Source: Perkinsus olseni
Taxonomy: Eukaryota
DNA length: 33,059 nt
Direction: 5' to 3'
NCBI GenBank assembly: GCA_013115125.1
Contig: JABANN010000393.1
Location: 1-33,059 of the forward strand
This document shows, in pieces, positions 10,643 to 22,134 of this stretch; positions within the stretch are counted from its first letter, which is position 1; every line of letters starts with the position of its first letter. The notes beneath the pieces are model-generated. The model was given only the letters and a program-made list of their open reading frames with translations, did not search any database and was not told the DNA's origin. The position numbers were made by a program, and so were the translations under genes.

Positions 10643-12812
10643 ATGGTCGTCAGTCTTTCGATCATCATCATCATCACTGTCCTTGCCTTTAGCTCCAGCA
10701 CGGTTACCAAGGGGCCGCTACTACCCTTCTCGAAGCCACACTCGTCCCGAGCTGGCATGAGTCTGTGCTTAGCTGAAGGCCTCTCTTGTGTATGACGATC
10801 CTCTCAACTAAGACATCGAAGGTGGCGACTATTCACAATTACATTAGTCGTCACTTCCGCCGTCCGCTGGTTGCTTTTCGTTCCCTCACGTCCTCATTGT
10901 TATCTGTTTAGAGTCGTAGTATTAATCACCGCCTGCTCTTCCTGTATTGCCATGATTACAGCGGCGGCGAGCTGCCATATCGCCCGGGATGTTGCAGCGT
11001 CGTCGGGCGCAAACCCTTTCATTGTAGCATAGCCTCGCCATTAACGAAGCTAAGGCCACCGCTGTTGACAAATCCCGACCAGTGTTCGGGAAAAATACTA
11101 CTAGTTTGTGCTTGTTTGCGATTGAAGCAGGGTCCTCACATGAGAAGATGACGGTTGTTCTGCCTTCCGTCTGTTTGTTTAGTAGTAGACGAAGGAAGCC
11201 TGCTGGTGATGATGACGATTGTTGTTCTGAACTCGAAGTAGCGTTCGTGTTATCAGCACTAAACCGCGATGATTGTCTTTCCGCCGCTGACCAGTTGATA
11301 TTGCGAAGATGAGGTTTCTCCAACACTTCTGTCTTGTTGTTAATTTCCAACCTGCGCCAGTGCGGAGTAGCAGGAGAGGTCGGATGGCTCTCCTGTCAGC
11401 AGCGCTCCTCTTGACGACCGGACTCGGCCGAACGCCTGATGAGTACTGGGGCAAAGTCCACGTAGGCCGCCCTCGATAGTCGGACTGACCGGACAGTACC
11501 GTTCTCGAAGGTCCAATCTTACCCTGAGGATTGGAGGCAGCCCGAGGTCCCTGCTGACCACCGAGCTCAGGGGGCTGAGGATAACAATCCCATAGACCAA
11601 CCAGTGGGCCATCTTGAGTGTCATCTCACAGTCTCTCTCGTTCCAGATACACGAGGCGTGCCGGGCAGGGGATCTCGAACGAATCAAACTGCTCGTGAAG
11701 GCCGGCGCCCGGATCGATGCCCCTGGTAGGGAGCCGGTGCTGTCGCTGTGAAGTCGCCCGTTCGTCAGGCCGGGATTTCGAGTCGTGCGTTTTCAGAGCG
11801 GCTGGTCAGGGGCAGATGGAGACGCTCGAGTGGCTGATGCGTCGAGGGGCCAACGCGACGTGAGCCGCAGCCTCTTGAGCTGACACTTCATAGCCGCTGT
11901 TATGCAGTACCCGTTCTCGAAGCGGATACACTGCCCTGGACGCCGCTGCTCGGAACGGCCACTTCCAGGTCGTATCTTTTTTGATAACACAAGCAGGCTT
12001 CGACCCCAACCAGCTGCATGAAATTGACGGGTATGTCCACCAGCCGTGGGTCCCCTGATGGATTCCCTTCAATAGATACAGCAGCCTCCATAGGGCCTGC
12101 TGGGGGAAGACCGACAACCATCAGCTCACCGTGAGGGTCGCCCACTGTCAAGTAGAACCACCGATGCAGGTGCGTACGATGGTGAAGGACCACGGCGGAG
12201 ACCCCCTCGCGCTGTCGAGGAATGGATACCACTGCTACCAGATGACTCCCAATAAAAAGACACGTAAGGTGACCGGACTCACCTTCCTGCGCTCAGGTGC
12301 AAGCAAATGTTGTGCAAAATTTACTGTTACGCCCCTGGATTGCTAGCCTAGCTTGATGTTTTTTTGTGTGTGAGTTTAAAGGCCGACAGTACGGCTTCGT
12401 TACACTACCACTTCCGATGTGCCTTTTGAGGGAGATTAGTTCAGCGACTGACCAAGGTTAACTTCTGCCTGTTGGAAAGGCTCTCTTCATCAAGCCTAAT
12501 AAGAATAGGTTCTTGTTGTAGTTATAGCTCATGAACGACAGTCGTTCAACGACTCCTATCGAGTTATCTAGTGTCAGGTAAATGGATTCGCAAATGGCTC
12601 CGAAGCAAAGGCTTGAGTGTGCCCGACCTGAAGGACCTCAAACTAACTCACCAACAGAGGGACGCGGAGGAGAAGAGGAGAGAAGGTACCCGTTGATCCA
12701 GCATGGACTAGATCTTGGCGGCTTGGCAGAGTTGGGCTTTGCGAGTGATGAGAAGACCGAAGAAGAGCTGGACGGTTACGTCGCGGGAGTACCGACGAGG
12801 TCCGAGCTCTGA
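10643..12812 (+). CDS. Multi-exon ankyrin-repeat protein, possible signal peptide and C-terminal RSEL
   Basis: Exons in 11648-12269 read IHEACRAGDLERIKLLVKAGARIDAP, CVFRAAGQGQMETLEWLMRRGANA, GYTALDAAARNGHFQVVSFLITQAGFDPN and GYSSLHRACWGKTDNH, separated by ~40-50 nt GT-AG introns. The first exon (MVVSLSIIIITVLAFSSS) and last exon (...VPTRSEL*) are less certain. Confidence 0.75.
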
Positions 12813-13049
12813 TGTCTATGGCATCCGTTGTTTATGGCAATGCAACGGTTGTGTTAGTGAGTTAGAGCAAATCTTCGTCAACGCCAGCCACACACGAAGT
12901 TTCAATCCCAACAGTTTATCGGGAGTTGACGAAGAGTTGGTATGTGTCAGTTTTACTTGGGGAACACAAGAATCCGCTAGGGGGCAGTAGAAACGGAAAT
13001 GACCGCGGAAATGCAACACAAAATAAAAAATGTAAATACGCGAGAGCCA

Positions 13050-15741
13050 TCAGAGGCTTCCTCTCGACCGCAAGTACGCTTCCGCATATGGTCGCCAATA
13101 GTCGGTAGTCCTCACACGGAGACCGAAGGCCAACGCTAGGGAACGTATCATCACACTGCACCTACACGACGAAGGAGTGGTGATTTGGTGAAAAGGTGGT
13201 ACTAGAGGGACCTGCAGACCATCACTGCGTCCTGGGAAATCGACACAGCCGGGTCACGCTTCTCCATCTCCTCTAAGAACTGATGTATGTTCATACCTGG
13301 GAGGTGGGTCGAGTAAAACTCGGGAGACGCTACTGACCTTCGGGAATGACATCAGGCGAGGTGTCCCTGTCCAGCCAGAATGCTATCAAACGACGGGCTA
13401 TCTCGGGGTCATTGTACTTGTGACGGTACCCAGTGGCGAAAAGGATCTGACGAGCCCAGATGGCCGGGTCGAAACCTTCACCGCACCTTCATCGTAGTGT
13501 CGTCGTCATGCTCATTCAACGCTATCACGAGACGTGCCATATGCTCCCGAAAGGACGGGTCCAAACGCTTCACCTGCGGAGGAAGCCTATAGCGTGAAGG
13601 GGAGGGCGGGGGGCGGGCCGGGTTTGCCTGTCCGAAATCGATGAGGCCCAGGCGACCATCGGGCATGAGGAGAATGTTGCCCGGGTGCGGATCGCCGTTG
13701 AAGGTGCCGTGGGTGAATACCTAACGAGGGTCGAGTGAGAATGATACTAAAAGGCGAGAGCAGACCGTACTTGTTCGCCGTGGACCTTCATTACGGTCGC
13801 GAGAAGGTCAGCAGTATTGGGAGGGAGGGCTGTGAGGCCCCAGTGACCTACGGTCCCTGAGGGGGAGAGACGCTACGAAAACTGAGGCCACCGACGTAAC
13901 GAAGGAAGACGATCGGGCGTAATCGAACTGCAGTCCTCGGTTGATGGTTCTCGGACGAAAGAATCGATGGGCAGTATCCCACCCCACCAAAAGTGCAAAC
14001 GTAAGCAGCGGCGCGTAGGCCGTCCAGAGATCGGACGAGGGCCTTGCGGAGGGTCTGCTTGTAGGCCTCGGCCGTAGTATGGGACAGGTCTGAGTGCAGC
14101 AACATGCACGGACCATGACCATCCCAAGGGAGGTACTTTTCCTCCGCCGCAGCCGTTCAACATGCTCGCGTTCAAGCTCTTCCACTGGCCGGCCTTGCCG
14201 GGCAGCCTCCTCACGGAGGAAGTCCATCAGCCCATCGAGAAGCTTCGTCCCGCCTGCGGAAAGTCCAGCTGGACGTACGGGAAGGCCGCATTGATCACCT
14301 CTGAGGTACTCCATCACCAGCACTCTCTTCGTACACAGGTTTAGGTGAGATTTTGGTATGACCACCCTGCCCGGACCATCACAAGGTGCAGCAGCCGTCA
14401 GAATAAACCTACTTGTGTCCCCAGTGGGGCATGATCTTCTCTCGTATCTCCTCCATATTCTCTGCTTCAAGTCGATAGTCAAACTCCGTTAAAAACTGGC
14501 TTTCAATCTCGTCCAGGGGTTGAACCTGCGACCATGGCCGCCTTCTGCTCGACGCGTTCGAGCCGACCCACCAACTGCGGCAAAGCCATTTTACAAAATG
14601 CCCGGCAGGAGGCCAGGTCCGCTCTGAATTGCTCCTCTATGTTCTCTGGTTGCACCTTCGAGAAGGGTGACGGTGGCAGTGGAAGGGAGGGCTGCTGCTG
14701 ACCTTAATAGCCACTTCATGGCCACCGTACTCCTCGCGAAGGACGCCTCGGTAACACTGCCCTATGCTGGCGCTCCCCACTGGATGAGGGTCCACCAATT
14801 GGAAGATCTCTGACAAGCCTGTGATGCCAAGTTCGTGCTTTATTACCTGACAACTGCACAGATCTTGCGTGAGAGAGCGACGCTCTCAGAGCGTAGAAAA
14901 CTCAAGGGCGAGGATGTGCGCGAGTTTGTAGTCCAACGTCTACGGTTGTTCCGGCTTAGTTAGAATCGAAGCCGATGTTCTCAGTTGGGGAGTTTCTGTA
15001 GCGTTGAGATGCAGTGCGGTGAGGCAAGCAGTTCGGGAAGAAACTCGTCACAATGCAATAAGCAATACACATGGGTCGATAGAAGACGGAAAACCCCGTG
15101 ATGATCAGACTGGGGTCCATCAGGAGCAGTGGCCGAAGGGAGGCACGAGGAGCGTCTGCCGACCTGCTCAGCCTCCGAGAAGGTCATCACCACCGGAGCC
15201 TGGTCCTGCATCTTTCGGCACCACCTCGAGAGGAAACAGATTAGCCTAGCAGGAGAAGGAGAGCGATAGTTTTACTCCAAGTACTGCTTTGGCAAGAACT
15301 CATCCCGCAGGCTCATCATTTGGCTGGCCTTCAGGTAGAAGCCCCGAAGCGCCACAGTAGCGTTGCGGACCACAGGACTGTACTTCTCGTGGAGGGACTC
15401 ATACAGAAGACTCGCCTGGTCTGGACTTGGCCGGATGGACTTCGGAGAGGACTCAGCGTACCTCGAGAGGGAGCGTACTGTGATAGTAGCAGCAGCCTGA
15501 TCGCACCATTCTACAGCCTTATACGCTGCGAACGCTGGTAAGGCGGTCGACCAGAAGGTGAGAGAGCGCCGAAAACCGTCACGGTCCTGCCTGTCCACTC
15601 GGTGCCAAGCCACGGCAGGGACGGCTCCTGAGGGGACAATGACTGGGCCGCAGCGGAGTAGGGAGTGATGCTACCTAGGCCGCCCACTGTCATGAGGAGA
15701 GGCAGATACCGAGCTCCGGTAGAACCGAAGCTTGCGGCCAT
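13050..15741 (-). CDS. ABC1/AarF (UbiB/ADCK) family atypical kinase, multi-exon
   Basis: [75 protein letters not shown] and LGLIDFGQ. Last exon ends [16 protein letters not shown] at 13050; ATG at 15741. Confidence 0.93.
14916..15045 (+). repeat. Dispersed ~125 bp repeat, copy B, inside ABC1 kinase intron 14847-15163
   Basis: Aligns with the reverse complement of 4582-4704; lies antisense to its host gene. Confidence 0.85.
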
Positions 15742-15770
15742 CAGAACCACTCAGAAAATCTGTTATTGAG

Positions 15771-18700
15771 TCACGAGCCCGCACTATCTGGGACGCGAGA
15801 GAGCGTAACCACCGTGTGCCCTTCTTTACCCCTGCCCGGATGATCTCGTCGTAGATTGGGCTCGAAACACAAGTAACAATGGGTGCTGTGGAAATGGTAA
15901 CTGGTCGTTGATAAATACAAAAGCCAGGCAGCTGTGAGAGTGTCGATCCGGGAAGCAGTTGATTGGGGGCCATCACCGTGCACGACCAGCTCGATTGAGT
16001 CGAGGCATGGCCCGGTAGATGGTGAACAGCGGACGAGGATATCTGAGGCAGGACACTGTGGGTGAGGAGGAGGAGGGGGCAGAGCAACAACGGAAGCTAC
16101 GCCCAGCTCGGCGCCAAGGAATGATCAGTGTGGTTGAAGACGGAATCTCAGTAATTCAACTCAACTTCCAATGGGTAACAGAGCAGGGAAATCGACCACC
16201 ACTTACTCTCGATCTGACCGGGCATCGGTGAGGAGCTCTTTCATCAACACAAGTTTCCGCTCGTCCATGAAGAGCTCTCGCACCAGCATGTACCTGATGG
16301 AGAGTGGCCCTCCTCCAAGGCAGGTCCCGACTCCCTCGGAGGGCAGCCCACCAGATAGAGTCGATGTCCATGTGAGCCCTCACGCAGTTCTGGATAACAG
16401 ACAGGACGAACATGACGTCGAGGGAGTCGGGGCCGCCGGGCAGGTTGCACTGCCACAAGGCTTCGATCACATGCCGTATCTTTCACACCGGGATAGGTCG
16501 ATCGATCGTCGAGGATACGAGGTCGAGCTTGCCTCATCCAGAGAGAAAAGATTCCTCGGCAGATCTGTCCATATCTGTTCAGCCAGCACCCGGTCACTTT
16601 CGAGAGGCTCGACGACGTCCTCCCGTCCCCTCAGCGTCGCATCGAACGTCTTCCTGCCCGCCCGAGACTGAGCCGGGGCCCCCGCAATCGATGCCGCCGT
16701 GGCCGGCGCTGAGCTCGACCTCAACCCTCGAGGGACGTACAGAGGGGGGTTGTAGTGCAGGTACCTGCCAAGCATGTGGACTTGAAAGCGGCGAGGGGCG
16801 GAACCTACAGAGCCATGTGGACGAGTTGGTCTCTCTCCATCAGCCAAGTCGCCAGGTCGGCAAAGGACTTGGCAGGGACTATCTCCTCGCAGCTCTCTCG
16901 GACCTGCATCAGCGGCTTGCCGTGGGAGAACTCGAACATGACCCGGGGTATCATCTGAAGGTACATTGAGCAAGCTTCAACCTAAGGTGTCTTCTCACCT
17001 CTACCGAGTTGAACTTCACCTCGAAGTCGAGTAGGTCTTCTCGCGTAAGAGGCATTGCACTTGGGTTCGGCACTAGTATCTGACCAGCGCTCGCGTCCGA
17101 GCCCCCCCCCAGGAATACCCCCTACCTGGCACTTCTGCAGAACCGGTATGACTCGGGCCTCTCCTCTCGATACCAAACCTTTCGCAATTCGCAACACCGT
17201 ACCTGGGGAATGATTAGCTAGAGGTGTCAGAAAGCCGCCACAGCAGTGCCGACCCTGCGGTATTTTCAAGGCGCGTGCCACATCCGCCAGGGACTTGGTA
17301 GAGGAGAGGGAGTCCAGCACGAGACGGGCTGTCTGGCTGTGGGCCGAGGAGAGGGCAGTAGGGCCACTCGGGCCACTGTACTGACTGTCGCTCGAGGGGA
17401 TCACTGATGGGGCTCTGAAGGAGCAAATGGAGGTACTCGAGAGAGGAGGGGTGGTCCTACTGAGCGCCAGTGGTCGGCGACACGAGCGGGTAGTCGGCCT
17501 TGGCCCTCACCAGGAGTAGGGTCTTGTCCAGGGTGGCGTCCATCCCGCAGTTGCTGGCCTCGAGGGGGAGAGGCGGGCCGCCGTATGCCGGCATGAGGGA
17601 GTCTGCCTCGGCGTGGCCGGTGATGACCACCCTGACGGAGTTGTTGACGACTAGTGAGGTAGTCGGGCCTTCGCTGAGGGTAGTGAAGACCTTGGTCTGA
17701 GGAAGGCAAGATGGTCACCCGCAGCGGCAGGACTGCATGCTCACCAGTGTGGCCACCAGGTCCTGCCCGGCGGCACTCGCTGCGTCGATCGACGAGTGCC
17801 TTCTCATGGGCTCGACCAGCGGACTAGAGTCCGGCGAGGCGGTGACGGATGGCGTGGAATGCTTCCTCGTGCTCTGAGAAGAGACAAGCATTCCCAGCAG
17901 GGTCCACCTCGGAGTGGCCGTACTTGGTTGACGCAAGAGGGGCCGTTGCCGCGACCAAGGAGGCCCTTTACTTGCTCCGAAAGATACCCGCATCGGTTCT
18001 CCTCAGCCACCAAGGCCCTCGATATCGTTTGGACGGCCTGAGGAGGGTCTCGGCTGCTAGGGGCAGCAGAGATGAGCGCTCACTTGGAAATGCATAGTAG
18101 TCGACCGGAGGGTCACTCGGCGAGCGTCGAAGACGAGGACTATGTTGAACCAACTGACAGCCTGGCAACACACAGCGGCCCCTCAGAGGCTTCCAGATGG
18201 CAGCGGCGCTCTCACCTGGCTTTGAGACGACCTCCGCACAGGTTTGCTGTGACCTCGAGTGCCTGAGGGTACCGTCTATTTATTGGGAGCACCAGGGGTG
18301 GGTACCTGTGGGAGGGTCGGAGCTCCCAGCCCTCCTGCTCGCCGACGTCCGGCCACCCAGGGCTCGGCCACCGGGGCCAACAACAGCTCGAGTGCAGTCA
18401 CAGGGATGACAGACGAACCTGGGAACAGCAGCATCACCTCCACACGATGAGGGGAAGGTGTGGTCTCACCTTAGATGATTCCAAGCCGGGTTGGTCTCAC
18501 AGCGAAAGCAAGGGCTGGCAGTGGTAGTGGTGTGTGTCGAGCTGGCTGCGACCTTGATGGCCTCAGGGAGGTCCAGCGGCCCCGAGTCCATCTCGAAGTC
18601 GAACCTTTTGTTGTTCCAAGACGCTGACGGGCCCGCAAACTTGGCGAACTCGCTGAGGCCTATTCCCAGTATCCTGGGCTCGGTCGAGTTTGGCCCCGCG

Positions 18701-19014
18701 GTCTCCGTGGTGGGGCTCGGAGGTGTACTGGACTGCGGCTGGTGGTGCTCAGCCATGTAGTACTGTGATGACGATGTCAACGTGCTGGGGTGCCAAAAGC
18801 AGACCTGACAACGCTCGCTGCCACCTGCCTGGCGTCTCGGGCGACCTCCCACCTGCCCCTGGCCTCCCTGTTGCTGTGCGACCATGACCATCCCTAACAA
18901 GGGCGAGGCCTTCGGTGGCCTCCGCCGATCATGGCCTCTCTTCACGGCACGCGCCACGCCTCTCGTGCTGCGGAGTCTACTACCACCACCGTGGCTGGAG
19001 GAGGATGTTGACAT
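15771..19014 (-). CDS. NPRL3: NPRL3/Npr3 (GATOR1/SEACIT subunit) homologue, multi-exon; 3' end approximate (~15977 or 15771)
   Basis: Collinear blocks resembling NPRL3 as I recall it: LLGMVMV...FWHP; ILGIGLSEFAKFAGPSASWNNKRFDFEMD...RFVCHP (cf. KFELKIDNVRFVGHP); ISRALVAEENRCGYLSEQV (cf. IATVLQHEERRCQYLTREA); TKSLADVARALKIPQGTVLRIAKGLVSRGEARVIPVL; LATWLMERDQLVHM. Confidence 0.8.
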
Positions 19015-19260
19015 CACCCGATGGCATGAAAACCCCTGGCAACCTCAAAATACTCCTTCTCACCCACCACGCCCAGGCTTCACTCTCGCTTCACTCTCGC
19101 CCAGGCTTCGTAACGCCTCGATCCCAACTCAAACTCAACCGAATGAAGCCCACTGTGGAAGGTTCTTTACATCCATGGGCTATGACTCATGGCACGGATC
19201 ATCCTCCACTCGACACTGACGGTCCTCCAGGGCGGTGTCTTCCTCGGCGAGGTAGCCCCT

Positions 19261-20016
19261 TCAATCATCATCATCATGATTACGGACCGTGGCAGAAGCC
19301 TGTCCGATCATTCTGTGTTCGGAAGTCCTTGCCGCCCAGACGAGAAAGCTGGAAGACGGTCTCGACTCCAACGTTGCTAGCGATAACGTCTTCGATTGAA
19401 TCAGTCTCCTAAGAAAAGGAGAGCCTTCCGCATGATGAGATGGCATGCCGTACGAGAGAAGGCGAGGTTGAGACACGTTGACGGCGGTAGAAGCGGCTCC
19501 AGGGCAGTTCGCGAAAATCATCATACATGATAGGCAAGGCGACGGAAGATACGGTCCACCCGGTAAAGAGCGGCACACCGATAAGTCACAGATGACTCAC
19601 CAAGTCAGGGCGATCTCCGTCAGGTGGGGACCGCCTTCTGAGCAACACGCAACCGGGCGTAGGCTGTTGCGGGTTTCGTCCTAGAGGAGGCCGCAACCAC
19701 TGCGGCTGAAACAGAGGGGGAGGTTACTGGGAATTTATTGGTATGCGCGAGCATATGCACGGATCAAACGCCAACTCACCCGCATGTTCCGCGTCCTTGG
19801 CCTCTCCTCCGAGTCACTGATGGGCTCCGAAGATTCCGCAACCTAACTGGCGGTTTATGGTACGAGTCGGCGCGGATGGATACGACGGCAGTAGTAGCGG
19901 ACTTCTTACAGTATCATCAACTTCTGAAGCTTCAGAAAAATCAAACAATACCTGCTTGGTTCGCGGTGGAGATCTAGGGTAAGGAACCTGAGGGGTCTAC
20001 TTGTGTGAGAGCCCAT
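19261..20016 (-). CDS. Possible small multi-exon hypothetical gene beginning MGSHTSRP
   Basis: Minus-strand donors (GTATTG ~19951, GTGAGT ~19779 and ~19600) and acceptors are present; ATG at 20016. The reading frame could not be fixed uniquely. Confidence 0.3.
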
Positions 20017-20024
20017 GCCCGTCA

Positions 20025-20098
20025 GCTCCGCTGGCTCAATTGGATAGAGCGTTGGACTTCTAATCCAAAGGTTGCGGGTTCGAGTCCCGCGCGGAGTA
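20025..20098 (+). tRNA. trnR-UCU: tRNA-Arg, anticodon TCT, intronless
   Basis: Full cloverleaf: acceptor GCTCCGC/GCGGAGT, D arm GCTC/GAGC, anticodon arm TTGGA-CTTCTAA-TCCAA, T arm GCGGG-TTCGAGT-CCCGC, discriminator A. Confidence 0.97.
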
Positions 20099-20188
20099 TT
20101 CCTGCCCAAATATACTGCCAGCGGCTATCGATAGGACTCTACCGAGCATTCAGCCAACAAGCGGATTTTCGAATAACATTGTCTCCAG

Positions 20189-21850
20189 CTATTTTATGCA
20201 TTTACCAGCACACCATACTGCAGCTGAGCCCTCAGCGCTCACCCCTCCGTGGCGTCCATCACCCTTCATCTCATCGTGTTCTTTACATCCCGCAGGCGGG
20301 GCACTTGTGTCACCATCAGCAACCTTACTCCGTTCCAGCACAGCACTTCGGCACCCGATACGAGTTCGCTTCGTGCGACCTTCGTACCATCCAACATGAT
20401 CAGCCCAGTACATTTGTATTTCCCGCAGAATGTCCATGTCCCTTCCCCAGCTCAGTCGCTCCTCACAACATCCCAGTAAGTGCTTCAGATACTGCCAGAA
20501 GGCCACACTCAGGCCTTTGAATTCATGGACCCTGGGTTCCACCAGCTTCAGGAGAGCGTGCAGCTCAAGAAGACCCTCTACCGACGTCGTTGCATTCAAC
20601 CCCTGGCATGCGTCGCTCATCAAGAACATGCATCGAAGGCCGCTATTCGTAAGCCTGCTCTTCTTCCCCCAGCCCACCTTGGCATCGCTCTTCGACCGAC
20701 CGCCAGCAATCTCTTCGCCCTGTTTCCCATTTCTCAAACGGTCAGCGCCAGCAAGATTCTGGTCCGCATCAGAGGCGTGGTTCTCGCCATCTGAACTTCG
20801 CGGCATCGCATTCGGCCGGCTTAACTTTCCCGCACGCCGTGGTGAGCCGCTCTGTGTATGGTTCCTATCGGATCCTTTGGAGCGGCTCGCGCTCTCAACG
20901 CCATCAGCATTACGCCCTTCCTTCTCGCCGACTGCAAAGCGGTTGTTCTTCTCATCCAAACTGCGCGGCTTCGTACTCGACCGGCCGGGCTTCCGCACAC
21001 CGCTAGGAGAGGCGCCCGTCGTAAGATATCCTGCGGATTCACCAGCGCGTTTTGAGCTCTCATCCACGCCTCTGCGAGCAACATCACTTCCGCCAATTCT
21101 TTTGCTGTCGGAGGCTCTTCGCAAATTCGCCTGACGAGGTTTGCCAATAACGCGCTCCCTCGCTCTGCTTCTTTGGCTCCCCTTTGTGAGAACTAGAGAT
21201 GTATTCCTCGGAGATTTACCGCCATCCGCACTGCGACGAGCTAGCCTCCTCCGCAACTGCGCAGACTCTCCCGAAAGCTTTTCCCTCTTCCCCTTCTTTC
21301 GATCCGTAACTTCCTCCTTACTCGCTCCAGTCCTCTCGTCGTTATCTACATCCGATCCCGCCTTCCACTGGCCCTCATCAGGCGTCATTGTGTTCTCCTC
21401 ACACCTCCCTCTGCTACCCCCTTCCTTCCTAGCCACTATCCGAGCACTCCCATGCTTCTCTTCTGAGCAGCCCCGAGCGCCCCTATCATAAGCGCCTCCC
21501 CCTAGGAAGCGTCTCGTCCGAGAGGCCTTCCTCACGCCCTGAGCCACATCCAGTATAACCTGTCTCAGCCCTCCCTTCTCGACTCCCCCACCAGCCGCCT
21601 CCTTTCGCTTCAGTCTGAGCTGCCGGGCGTGAGAGTAGACCAACCGAAGGAATCCGAAGTCCAAGGCGGAGGCCGCCACTGTCTTACTGGTGGCCATGGA
21701 AAAAGCGAACTGGCCGAGCACCGAGTATCGGGGAGAACAATTACCCTCCATGAGGAATGCTGTCGTTATCCTGTCCTTCAGTGACTTCCAGCTCTGATAA
21801 TTTCGTGGCGCGGTGACGCTTGCTTCTTGTTGGTTGACACAACAGCACAT
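20189..21850 (-). CDS. Hypothetical 553 aa protein: basic low-complexity centre between predicted helical ends
   Basis: 1.66 kb stop-free ORF with a purine-rich sense strand. A short upstream exon from ATG 21963 is possible. No family recognised. Confidence 0.65.
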   Translation of the reverse strand: MCCCVNQQEASVTAPRNYQSWKSLKDRITTAFLMEGNCSPRYSVLGQFAFSMATSKTVAASALDFGFLRLVYSHARQLRLKRKEAAGGGVEKGGLRQVILDVAQGVRKASRTRRFLGGGAYDRGARGCSEEKHGSARIVARKEGGSRGRCEENTMTPDEGQWKAGSDVDNDERTGASKEEVTDRKKGKREKLSGESAQLRRRLARRSADGGKSPRNTSLVLTKGSQRSRARERVIGKPRQANLRRASDSKRIGGSDVARRGVDESSKRAGESAGYLTTGASPSGVRKPGRSSTKPRSLDEKNNRFAVGEKEGRNADGVESASRSKGSDRNHTQSGSPRRAGKLSRPNAMPRSSDGENHASDADQNLAGADRLRNGKQGEEIAGGRSKSDAKVGWGKKSRLTNSGLRCMFLMSDACQGLNATTSVEGLLELHALLKLVEPRVHEFKGLSVAFWQYLKHLLGCCEERLSWGRDMDILREIQMYWADHVGWYEGRTKRTRIGCRSAVLERSKVADGDTSAPPAGCKEHDEMKGDGRHGGVSAEGSAAVWCAGKCIK

Positions 21851-22134
21851 GAGACTGATTTAAGAAACACTTCCCGGAATATGACAGTAGCAAACCATAG
21901 CTTTTTTACGCTTTTTGAATCAAAATCACAGCGGCTCAAAAACTGAGCCGACATCTCGACCATCTCCGAATTATCAGCATAGCATTGACTAGAGTCCCGT
22001 TCGACCCCAACAGCGGCCCCCAGCTCTCAGTAATAACAATGACAGGCACCCCAACATCTCCCCTCAGAGGACAATATCGTAGTAGCAGCAGCAGAAGGTT
22101 TAATTTTACAACCATTCACGTCGAACCACCGGCA

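Noticed and set aside
10922-11350. 142 aa minus-strand ORF
   Set aside because: Non-ATG start, low complexity, and lies in the presumed intron of the plus-strand ankyrin gene; no supporting motif.
12532-12548. Palindrome TGAACGAC-A-GTCGTTCA
   Set aside because: Single intronic occurrence; about one 8 bp inverted repeat of this kind is expected by chance in 33 kb.
20430-21491. Long plus-strand ORFs (20430-21134, 21141-21491) and similar antisense ORFs over sucC and the dioxygenase
   Set aside because: Shadows of real opposite-strand genes in GC-rich DNA.
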